Origin: the human T2T-CHM13v2.0 reference genome, Homo sapiens
Length of the DNA stretch: 64,000 bases
Direction: 5' to 3' (one strand)
Assembly (NCBI RefSeq): GCF_009914755.1
Contig: NC_060931.1
The translations under genes were made by a program, and so were the position numbers. The notes below the pieces were generated by a model. That model saw only the letters and a program-made list of their open reading frames with translations. It did not search any database and was not told the DNA's origin. Shown here one piece after another: positions 1-11,255 of this stretch; positions within the stretch are counted from its first letter, which is position 1, and every line of letters starts with the position of its first letter.

Positions 1-3000
1 ATGAAGCAGATTGGAAACTTTCTTTGGAGAATTTTCAAAAGGACATTTGGGAGCCAAATGAGGCCTATGGGGAAAACTGAATATCTCCAGCTACAAACTA
101 GAAAGAAGCTTTCTGTGATACTTCTTGGTTATGTGTGGATTAGTCTCACAGAGTTAAAACTTTCCTTTGGTTCAGCACGTTGGAAACACTCTTTATAGAG
201 AATCTGCTAAGGGACTTTTTGGAGCACATTGAGGCCTAAGGGGAAAAAAAAATAACCCCATATAAAACTAGAAAGAAGCCATCTGTGAAACAGCTTTGTG
301 ATGTGTGAATTCATCACACAGAGTTAAATGTTCTTTTGATATGCACTTTGAAAACACCCTTTTTGGAGAATCTGTGAAAGGACATTTTAGAGCTCATTGA
401 GGTGTGAGGGAATAAACTGAATATTCCTACAAAAAACTAGAAAAAAATAGTCTGTGAAACTGCTTTGTGATGCGTGGTTTCATCTCACAGAATTAAACTT
501 TTCTTTTGATTCACCACGTTTGAAACACTCTTTTTCGATAATCTGTGAAGGGACACTTGAGAGCCCTTTGAGGCCTACGGGGAAAAACCACATAATTCCA
601 GATAAACTAGACAGAAGCTGTATTTGGAAATGGTTTTTAATGTGTGGATTCAACTCACAGAGTTAAAACTGTTTTGATTCAGCATGGTGGAAACTCTCTT
701 TTTGGAGAATCTGCAAAGCGTCATTTGAGAGCCCATTGAGGCCTGTGGGAAAAAAATGAATATGCCCTGATAAAAATAAGAAAGAAGATATCTGTGAAAC
801 TGCCTTGTGATGTGTGGATTCATCTCAAAAGTTAAACCTTTCCTTTGATTAAACAGGTTGGAAACACTCTTTTCATACAATCTGCAAAGGGATATTTTGG
901 AGCCTATTGTGGCCTATGGAGAAAAAGAGAATATCCCCAGATAGGAAGGAGAAAGAATGTGTCTGTGAAACTGCTTTTTGACGTGTTGATTCATCTCAGA
1001 GCTTTAAAACTTTCTTTTGATTCGGCATGTTGAAAACACTTTTTTTGGAGAATCTGCAAAGGGATACTTCAGAGTTTATTGAGGCATACCGGGAAAAACT
1101 GAATACCCTGAAATAAAATCTAGAAAGAATCTAACTGTGAAACTGCTTTGTGACCTATGGATTCATCTCAAAGAGTCAAAAACTTTCTTTTGATTCAGCA
1201 GGTTGTAAACACTCTTCTTGGAGAATCCGTGAAAAAACATTTTGGAGCCCATTGAAGCTTATTGGGAAACTTCAAATATCACCAGATAAAAACTAGAAAG
1301 CGGCTATCTGTGAAACTGCGTTGTGATGTGTGGATTCATCTCACAGAGATAAATGATCCTTTTGATTCGGTAGGTTGGAAACGCTCTTTTTGGACAATCT
1401 GCAAAGGGACATTTGGGATCCCATTGAGACCTGTGAGGAAAAACCGAATATCCCCAAATAAAAAATAGAAAGAAGCTATCTGTGAAACTGCTTTGTGATG
1501 TGTGCATTCATCTCACAGATTGAACCTTTGTTTTGATTCAGCAGGTTGGAAACTCTTTTTGGAGAATTTGTGAAGAAATATTTGGGAGCTTATTGAGGCC
1601 TATGGAAAAACAATTGCTATCTCCAGATAAACACTAGAAAGAAGCTATCAGTGAAACTGCATTGTAATATGTGGATTCACCTCACTGAGTTATACCATTG
1701 TTTTGATTCAGCAGGTTGGAGAAACTTTTTTAAAAGAATCTGCGAAGGACCTTTTGAGAGCCTAATGAGGCCTGTGGGGAAAACTTCATATCCCCTGATA
1801 AAAACTAGAAAGAAGCTATCTGTGAAACTGCTTTGTAATGTGTGGATTCATCTCATAGAGGTAAACCTTTATTTTGATTGAGCAGGTTAGAACTACACTT
1901 TTTGGAGGATCAGTGAGGGGGCATTTTGGAGTCATTGAGGCCTACTGGGAAATAAAAAATATCCCCAGATAAAAATTAGAAAGAAGCTATCTGTGAAACT
2001 GCTTTGGATGTGTGGATGGATCTCGCAGAATTATACCTTTTTTTTGATTCATCAGTTTGGAAAAACTTTCTGTAGAATCTATGAAGAAATATTTGTGAGA
2101 TAATTGAGGCCTATGCTGAAAAAGCAATTATTCCCAGATAAAAACCAAAACCGTAGCTATCTTTTAAACTGCTTTAGGTTGTGTAGATTCATCTCACAGA
2201 GTTAAGCCTTTCATTTGATTCAGGAGTTTGGAAACACTGGTTTTGTAGAATCTGTGAAGGGAAACTTGGGAGCTCATTGGGGCCTATAGTGAAATACTGA
2301 ATATCCCAAGATAGAAACCCACTGTCTGTGAAACTGCTTTGTGATATATGGACTCTTCTCACAGAGTTAAATCTTTCTTATGATTGAGCATGTTGGAAAG
2401 AGTCCTTTTGTAGAATCTGCAAAGGGACAATTGGGAGCGTATTGAGGCCTATGGTTGGAAACACTTTTTTTTTGTAGAATATGCAAAGGAACGTTTGCTA
2501 CCTAATTGAGGCCTACGGTGAAAAAGCAAATAAACCCAGATAAAAACTAGAAAGAACTATCTGTGAAACTGCTTTGTGATGTGTGCATTCATATCACAGA
2601 ATTAAACCTTTGTTTTCATTCAGCAGTTTGGGAAAACTGTTTTTATAGAATCTGTGAAAGGACATTTGGGAGTGCATTGAGGCCTATGGTGAAAAATTGA
2701 ATATCCCCAGATAACAACTAGAAGGAAGCTATCAAATAAATTGCTTTGGGATGTGTGGATGGATCTCACAGAATTCAAACTTCCTTTTGATTCAGCAGTT
2801 TAGAAACATTTGTTTTGTAGAGTCTGCGAAGGGAAATTTGAGAGCTCATTTAGGCCTGTGGTGAAAAAGTAAATATCCCAGATAAAAACTAAGAAGAGGT
2901 TATTTGTAAAACTGCTTTGTGATGTGTGGCTTCATCTCACTGAGTTAAACCTTTCTTTTGATTCAGCAGCCAGGAAAGAGTTGTTTTGTAGACTCTGAGA

Positions 3001-4215
3001 ATGGACAATTGGCAGCACCTTGGGGCCTATGGTGACAAACTGATAGTGTCTGCACATAAAAACTAGAAAGAAGCTATAAAACAACTTTGTGATGTGTGGA
3101 TTCATCTCTCAGAGTTATAATTTTTTTGTAATTCAGCACTTTGGAGATACTGTTTTTGTAGAATCTGTGAAGGGATATTTGGGAATGCATTGAGGCCTAT
3201 GGTGACAAAGCAAATATCTCCAGAAAAAAACTAGAAAGAAGGTCTATATGAAACTGTTTTGTGATGTGTAAATTCATCTCTCAAATTTAAAACTCTCTTT
3301 TTATTCCTCAGTTTGGAAACGCTGTATTTTGTAGAATCTGCGAAGGGACATTGGGGAGCTCATTGAGGCCTATGGTGAAAATGTGAATATCCCAAGATAA
3401 AAACTACAGGGAAGCTTTCTGTGAAACTACTTTGCAATTTGTGGATTCATCTCACAAAGTTGAACCTTTCTTTTGATTCAGCAGTTTGGAAAAACTGTTT
3501 TTGTAGAGTCTGCAAAAGGACATTTGGGAGCTCAATGGGGCCTATAGTGAAAAAGCGAATATCCCCAGATAAAAATGAGAACAAAGTTATTTGTGAAACT
3601 GCTTTTTGATGTGTGGATTCCTCTCACAGAAGTAAAACTTTCTTTTGATTCAGGAGATTGCAACCGGTCTTTTGGTTTGATCTGCAAAGGGACATTTGGT
3701 AGCACATTGAGGCCTATGGTGACAAACCTAATATCCGCAGATAAAAACTAGAAAAAAGATACCTGTGAAACTGCTTCATGATGTGTGGTTTTGACTCAGA
3801 GTTAAACATTTATTTTGGTACAGCAGTTTGGAAACACTGTTTTTGTAGAGTCTGTGAAGGGATATTTGGGAGTGCCTTGAGGCCTATGGTGAAAAAGTGA
3901 ATATCCCCTGGTAAAAACTATAAAGAAGCTCTCTGTGAAACTGCTTTCTGATGTGTAGATTCATCTCACAGAGTTAAAACTTTATGTTGATTCAGCAGTT
4001 GGAAACACTGATTTTGTAGAATCTGTGAAGAAACTTTTGGGAGCACATTTTAGGCTTACGGTGAAAAAGAAAATGTCTCCAGATAAAATCTAGAAAGAAG
4101 CTATCTGTGAAATTGCTTTGTAGTGTTTTGATTCATTGCAGAGAGTTAAACATTTCTTTGGATTCAGCTGTTTTGAAATACTGTATTTGTAGAATCTGCA
4201 AAGGGACCTGTAGGC

Positions 4216-4232
4216 CTATGGTGAAAAAGGAA
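4216..4232 (+). other. pJ-alpha box (A-type monomer motif); second exact copy at 4388-4404
   Basis: CTATGGTGAAAAAGGAA matches the pJalpha motif CTAYGGTGRAAAAGGAA, at the monomer position homologous to the CENP-B box. Confidence 0.7.
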
Positions 4233-4670
4233 ATATCCCCACATAAAAACTAGAAAAAAGCTATCTGTGAAACTGCTTTGGGATATGTGGATTCATCTAA
4301 CAGAGTTAAGCCTTTCCTTTGACTTAGCAGTCTTAAACCACTGTTTTTGTATAATCAGCAGAGTGATATTTTGAAGCTCATTGATGCCTATGGTGAAAAA
4401 GGAAATATCCCCATATGAAAATTGAAACTGCTTCATTATGTGTGGATTCATCTCACAGAGTTAAACATTTCTTTTTATACAGCAGTTTTGAAACACTGTT
4501 TTTGTAGAATCTGTGAAAGGACATTTGGGAGCACTTCGATGCCAAAGGTGAAAAAGCAAATATCCCTAGATGAAAACTAGAAAGGAGCTGTTTGTGCAAC
4601 TGCTTTGTGATGTGTGGATTCTTCTCACACATTTAAATCTTTTTTTTCTTATTCAGGAGGTTGCAAGAAG

Positions 4671-4695
4671 TTTTTTTTTTTTTTTTTTTTTTTTT
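4671..4695. repeat. (T)25 homopolymer expanded inside an alpha monomer
   Basis: 25 consecutive T replace the usual TTTTT before GTAGAATC. Similar expansions are (A)17 at 4934-4950 and (A)16 at 15828-15843. Confidence 0.9.
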
Positions 4696-7600
4696 GTAGA
4701 ATCCGCAAAGGGATATTTTGTAGCCCATTGAGGCATATGGTGATAAACAAAACATTTCCAGATAAAAATTAAAAAGAAGTTACCTGTGAAACTGCTTTGT
4801 GATGTGTGGATTCATCTCACTGGGTTATACCTTTCCTTGATTTCAACAGTTTGTAGACACTGTTATTGTAGAATCTGTGAAGGAATCTTTGGGAGGGCAT
4901 TGAAGCCTGTGGTTTAAAAGCAATTATCCCCAGAAAAAAAAAAAAAAAAACTAGAAAGAAGCATACATGAAACTTCTTTGCGATATTGATTCATCTCAAA
5001 GACTTATAACTTTCTTTTGATTCAGCAGTTTGGTAACACTGTTTTTGTAGAATCTGAAAAGGGACATTTGGGAAAGCATTGAGGTCTATGGTGAAACTGT
5101 GAATATCCCAAGATAAAAACTAGAAGGAAGCTCTCTGTGAAATTTCTTCATTATGTTTGGATCCATCCCACAGAGTTAAACTTTTCTTTTGATTCAGCAG
5201 TTTGGAAACACTGTTTTTGTAGAATCTGGGAACAACATTTGGGAGCTCATTGAGGCCTATGGTGAAAGAGCAAATATCCACGGATAAAAGCTAGAACAAA
5301 GTTATTTGTGAAACTGCTTTTTGATGTGTGGATTCAACTCACAAAGTTAAACATTTCTTTTGATTCAGTAGTTTTGAAACACTGTTTTTGTAGAATCTGT
5401 GAAGTGACATTTGGGAGCTAATTGAGACCTATGGTGAAAAAACTAATATCCCCAGATAAAAACTAGACAGAAGCTATCTGAGAAACTGCTTTGTGATGTG
5501 TGTATTCAGCTCACAGAGTTAAACCTGTCTTTTAATTCAGCAGGTTAAAAACTCTCTTTTTGGAGAATCTGTGAAGGGACATTTGGGAGCCCTTTGGTGC
5601 CTATGGGGAAAAACTGAATATCCCCAGATGAAAACAAAAAGAAGCAATCTGTGAAACTGCTTTGTGATGTGTATATTCATCTCACAGAGTTAATCTTTTC
5701 TTCTAATGTAGCAGTTTGGAAATACTATTTTTGTAAAACCTCTAAAGGGACTTTTGGGAATACATTGAGGCCTATGGTGAAAAAAATGAATATCTCTAGA
5801 TAGAAACTAGAAAGGATCTATGTGTGAAACTACTTCGTAATGTGTGGATTGAGCTCACAGAGTTATAGTTTTCTTTTGATTCTGGAGCTTGGAAACACTC
5901 TTTTTGGAGAATCTAGAAAAGGATATTTACACGTCCATGGAGTCCAATGGGGGAAAACTGAATATCCTCATATAAAAACTAGAAAGAAGGTATCTGTGAA
6001 AAGACTTTGTGATGTGTAGATTCAGCTCAAAGAGCTAAACCTTTCTTTTGATTTATCAGGTTGGAAACACTCTTTTTGGAGAATCTGCATAGTGACATTT
6101 GGGAAGCAAATGGGTAAAAACGGATTATCCCCAGATAAAAACTAGGAAGAAGACATCTTTGAAACTGCCTTGTGATGTTTCAATTGATCTCAGAAAATTA
6201 AACTTTACTGTTGATTCAGTAGCTTGAAAACACTCTTTTTAGAGAATAAGCAAAAGGACTATTGGGCACCCATGTAGGCCATTGGGAGAAAACTGAATAT
6301 CCCCATATAAAAACTAGAAAGAAGCTATCTGTGAAACTGTTTTGTGATGTATGTATTCATCTCACAGAGTTAAAATTTTCTTCTGATTCAATAGTTGGAA
6401 ACATTCTTTTTGTAGAATCTGCTTAGGGACATTTCAGAACCCATTGAGGCATACGGGGAAAAACTGAATATCCTCCAGTAAAGACTACCAAGAAGCTCTC
6501 TGTGAAACTACTTTGTGATGTGTGGCTTCATCTCACAGATTTCAAACCTTATTTTAATTCACCATGTTGTAAACAATCTTTTTGGAGAATCTGCGAAGGG
6601 ACATTTTGGAGCCCATAGTGGCCTAAGGGGTAAAACAGAATATTCTCAGATAAAAACTACAAATAAGCTATCTGTGAAACTGCTTTGTGATGTGTGGATT
6701 TATCTCACAGAGTTTAACCTTTCTTGTTATTCAGCAAGGTGGGAATAATCTCTTTGGAGAATCTGTGAAGGAACATTTAAGAATTCTTTGAGGCCTATGT
6801 GGAAAAACCAAATATCCCCAGATAACAAGAAGCTATCATTGAACTGCTTTTTAATATGTGGATTAAACTCACAGATTTAACCATTTTTTAATTCAGCAGG
6901 TTGGAAAACTTCATTTTGGAGAATGTGCGAAGGAACAGTTGGGTGCCAATTGAAGCCTATGGGGAGAATCTGAATATCTTCAGATAAAACTAGAAAGAAG
7001 CTATCTGTGAAACTGCTTTGTGATGTGTGGATTCATCTCACATACTTAAATTTTCCTTTTGATTCAGCAGGTTGGAATCACTATTTTTGTACAATCTGCG
7101 AAGAGAAATTTGGCAGCCCATTTAGGCTTATGGAAAAAAACAAATATCCCTAGATAAAAACTATAAAGAATCTCCCAGTGAAGCTGCTTTGTGATGGTTG
7201 GATTCATATCACAGAGTTAAACTTTTATTTGGATCCAGCAGTTTGGAAGCACTGTTTTTGTAGAATCTGTGCAGGAACATTTGGGAACCTATTGAGGCCT
7301 ATCAGGAAAAACTGAATATCCCCAGATAAAAACTACAAACAAAGTATCTGAGAAAGCCCTTTGTGGTGTGTGGATCCTTCTCACACAGTTATATAATTCA
7401 GTTGATACATCAGGTTTGAAGCACTCTTTTCCTAGGATCATCGGAGGGATATTTGGAATCCCATTGAGGCCTATGGGGAAAAACGAAATATCCTCAGATA
7501 AAACTAGAAAGAAGCTATCTGTGAAAATGTCTTGTGATCTGTGGATTCGTCTCACAGAGTTTAACCTATCAGCTATTCAGCAGGTTGGACACACTCTTTT

Positions 7601-9762
7601 TGGATAATCTGTGAAGGGACATTTGGGAGCCCTTTGAGGTCTATGGGAAAAACCAAATATCCTGAGATTAAAACTAAAAAGAAGCTATCTGTGAAACTGC
7701 TTTGTGATGTGTGGATTCATCTCACAGAGTTAAAACTTTCACTTGATTCAAAAGGTTAGAAACACTGTTTTTAGTGTATTTGCACAGGGACAGTTAGGAG
7801 CCCATTGAGGCCTATGGGGAAAAGCTGAATATCCCCCAATAAAAACTAGAAAGAAGCTATCTGTGAAACTGCTTTGTGATGTGTGGAGTCATCTCACAGA
7901 GTTAATTTTTTTTTTAATTCTGCAGATTGGAAACACCCTTTTTAGAGAATATGTGAATGGAAATTTGAGAGTCCATTGAGACCTGAGGGGAAAAACCAAA
8001 TATACCCAGATAAAAATTAGAAAGAAGCTATCATCTGTAACTGCTTTGTTATGTGTGGATTCTTCTCACAGAGAGAAGCCATTCTTTTGATTCAGCAGGT
8101 TGGAAAGACTGCGAATCTTTCCAACTGCAGGTTGGAGAATCTGCAAAGGGACATTTAAGAGCCCATTGAGGCCTATGTGGAATTACTGAATGCCCTAGAT
8201 AGATTCTGGAAAGAAGCTACCTGTTAAACTGTGTTGTGATGTGAAGGCTAATACCACATATTTAGACTTTTTTTGACTCAGCAGGTTTGAAACACTCTTT
8301 TTGTTGAATCTGTGATGGGACACTTTGTTGGACCTCATTGTGGTCTAGGAGGAAAAACTGAATTTCCCTAGATAAAAACTAGAAAGAAGGCGTCTGTTAA
8401 CTGCTTTGTGATGTGTGGATTCAGCTCACATATTTAAACTTTTCTTTTGATTCAGCAGGTTGAAAATATTTGTTTGGAGAATCTGTGAAGGGATATTCCT
8501 TAGCCCTTTGAGACCTATGGGGAAAAATAGAATATCCCCAGAAAAAAATTTGGAAGAAGGTATCTGACAAACTTCTTTGTGATGTGTTGATTCATCTCAC
8601 AGTGTTAAACCTTCCTTTTGATTCCATAGGTTGGAAATTCTCTTTTTGTAGACTCTGCAAAGGGACATTTGGAAGCCCATTGAAGACCATGGGGAAAAAG
8701 AGAATATTTACAGATAAAAACTAAATAGAAGGTATCTGTTAACTGCATTGGGCTGGCTGGATTCATCTCTCAGAGTTAAAGCTTTCTTTTCAATCAGCAG
8801 TTTGGAACCACTCTTTTTGGATAATATGTGAAGGGAGATTTTGGAGCCCTTTCAGGCCTTTGGGGAAAAACCGAATATCCCAAGATGAAAACTTGGTAGA
8901 AGCTATCTGTGAAACAGCTTTGTGATGTGTGCACTCATCTCACACAGATAAACCTTTCTTTTGATTCAGTAGGTTGGAAGCATTCATTTTGAAGATCTGC
9001 TAAGGGACAATTGGGAGTTCATTGAGGCCTATGGGGAAAAACTGAATATCCCCAGAAGAAAATTAGAAAGAAGTTGTCTGTGAAACTTCTTTGACATGTG
9101 TGGAGTCATATCACAGAGTTAAACCTTTCTTTTGATTCAGCAGGTTGGAAAAACTCTCTTTGGAGAATCTGCATGGGGATATTTGGGAGCCTATTGATGC
9201 ATATGGGACAAAACCAAATATACCCAAATAACAACAAGAAAGAAGCTGTCTGTGAAACTGCTTTGTGATGTGTGGATTCATCTCATAGATTTAAAGCCTT
9301 CTTTTGATTCAGCAGTTTGGAAGCACCTTATTTGGAGAATATGAGAGGGGACATTTGGGAGCCCATTGAGGCCTATGATGAAAAAGGGAGTATTCCCAGA
9401 CAGAAACTAGAAGGAAGCAATCTGTGAAACTTCTTTGTGATGTGTGGATTCATTTCACAGAGTTAAACTTTTCTTTTGATTCAGCAATTTGGAAACACAG
9501 TTTTTGGAAAATCTGCCAAGGGCCATTTGGCATTTCTTTCATGATAAAGGGAAAAACCGAATATCCCTAGAGAAAAAAACTAGAAAGAAGCTATCTGTGA
9601 AACTATTCTCAGAGTTAAACCTTTCTTTTGATTCAGCAGGTTGGAAACACTATAACTGGAGTTCTGATAAGGGACATTTGGAAGCCACTGTGGCCTATGG
9701 AGAAAAACTGAATATCCCCAGATAAAAACTAAAAGGAATCTGTCCATGAAATTGCTTTCTCA

Positions 9763-9778
9763 TGTGTGGATTCATCTT
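9763..9778. repeat. Alu target-site duplication, left copy (right copy 10088-10103)
   Basis: TGTGTGGATTCATCTT versus TGTGTGGATTAATCTT, 15/16 identical. The monomer resumes in phase (ACAGAGCTAAA) after the right copy. Confidence 0.9.
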
Positions 9779-10086
9779 TTTATTTATTATTATCATTTTT
9801 TTGAGATGGAGTCTCTCTCCATCACCCAGGCTTGAGTGCAGTGGTGTGATCATAGCTCACTGCAAGCTCTGCCTCTTGGGATCATGTCATTCTCCTGCCT
9901 CAGCCTCCTGATTAGTTGGGACTAGAGGCACCCACCACCATGCCTGGCTAATCATTTTTTGTATTTTTAGTAGAAACGGGGTTTCACCGTGTTATCCAGG
10001 ATGGGGTCGATCTCCTGATCTTGTGATCCACCAGCCTCAGGCTCCCAAAGTTCTGGGATTACGGGTGTGAGCCACCATGCCCAGAC
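9779..10086 (-). mobile_element. Full-length Alu SINE, AluY/AluSc8-like, antisense, heavily mutated
   Basis: T-rich tail 9779-9802, then GAGATGGAGTCTC...CTCACTGCAAGCTC...TTTTTTGTATTTTTAGTAG...CACCGTGTTATCCAGGATGG..TCGATCTCCTGA...CCCAAAGTTCTGGGATTAC..GTGAGCCACCATGCCCAGAC, which is the reverse complement of the Alu dimer. Flanked by a TSD. Confidence 0.97.
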
Positions 10087-11245
10087 GTGTGTGGATTAAT
10101 CTTACAGAGCTAAATGTGTCTTTTGAATGAGCAGGTTGGAAACATTGTTTTTGGATAATCTATGAGGTGACACTTTGCTCCCCTTTGAGGCCTGTAAGGA
10201 AAATTGATTATCCCTAGATAAAAACTAGGAAGAAGCTATGTGTGAAACTGCTTTGTGATGTGTGGATTCATCTCAGAGAATTAAACCTTTTTTTTTTGAT
10301 TCAGCAGATTGGAAGCACCATTTTTGGAGAATCTGCAAAGGTGATTTTGAAAGCCCATTGATGCCTATGTGAAAAAAATATCCCCAGATAAAAACGAGAA
10401 AGAAGGTATTTGTGAAGCAGCTTTGTGATGTGTGAATACATCTCACACAGTTAAAGTTTTTTTCCTTAAGCATTGTGGAAAAACTCGTTTTTGAAAGTCT
10501 AGGAAGAGCTATTTGGGCACCCATTGAGACCTATGGAGAAAAACCAAACATCTCAAGACAAAAAGTAGAAAGAAGTTATCTGTCAAACTGCTTTGTGATA
10601 TGTGGATTCATCTCACAGTTTTAAAACTTTCTTTTGATTCAACAGATTGGAAATACTCTTTGTGCAGAAACTGCAAAGGGATATTGGGGAGCCAATTGTG
10701 GCCTGTGGGGGAAAAAATGTCCTCTGATAAAAATTAGAAAGTAGCTACCTGTGAAACTGCCTTGTGTTATGTGGATTCATCTCCCAAAGTTGAACATTTC
10801 TTTTGATTCAGCAGGTTTTAAACACTCTTTTTGGAGAATCTGTGAAGGCACATTTTGTAGCCCATTGCAGCCTATGGGGAAAAATGGAATATCCTGAGAT
10901 AAAAACTAGAAAGAAGCTATTTGTGAAACTGCTCTCTACTGTGTGGATTCACCTCTCAGAGTTAAACTTTTCTTTTGATTCAGCAGATTTTAAATACTAT
11001 GTTTTTAGAATCTGTGAAGGGACTTTTTGGAGCCCTTTGAGGCCTAAAAAGAAGAACTGAATATCCCCTGATAAAACTGGAAAGAAGCTACTTGGGAAAC
11101 TGCTTTGTGATGTGAGGATTCATGGCATAAAATTAAATCTCCCTTTTGATTCCATAGGTTGGAAACACTCTTTTCAGAGAATCTGTAGAGGGATAATGAG
11201 GAGCCATTTGAGGCCAATGGAAAAAAAAAAACAAATATTCCCCCA
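10087..11245 (+). repeat. Divergent monomeric alpha satellite (continuation)
   Basis: Same monomer type as upstream; ends at ...AAACAAATATTCCCCCA. Confidence 0.95.
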
Positions 11246-11255
11246 ACCCCCGCCC

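Larger units (their letters stand above)
2050..5450 (+). repeat. Distinct monomer subtype within the monomeric layer (boundaries approximate)
   Basis: Monomers here read CAGCAGTTTGGAAACACTGTTTTTGTAGAATC...GGCCTATGGTGAAAAA. Flanking monomers read CAGCAGGTTGGAAACACTCTTTTTGGAGAATC...GGCCTATGGGGAAAAA. Confidence 0.75.
1..9778 (+). repeat. Divergent monomeric alpha satellite (old pericentromeric layer)
   Basis: ~171-bp tandem units with the recurring core AAAACTAGAAAGAAGCTATCTGTGAAACTGCTTTGTGATGTGTGGATTCATCTCACAGAGTTAAAC. Neighbouring units are highly divergent, with no evident higher-order period and no CENP-B box seen. Confidence 0.97.

Noticed and set aside
4671-4950. Poly-T/poly-A tracts as retrotransposon tails
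   Set aside because: They sit at native T/A runs of the monomer, with no TSD or element body, and are best explained by slippage.
4200-9620. Small intra-monomer deletions (~4208, ~4422, ~9605)
   Set aside because: Ordinary decay of old monomeric satellite with no distinctive structure.
9779-10086. Alu as an active Pol III ncRNA or source element
   Set aside because: Most CpGs are decayed, the B-box region is mutated and the A-tail is interrupted; the sequence gives no evidence of activity.
11241-11255. C-rich tract as GC-box promoter or G4/i-motif
   Set aside because: It is only ~15 bp, too short for a canonical quadruplex, and has no CpG island or gene context. I treated it as junction filler.
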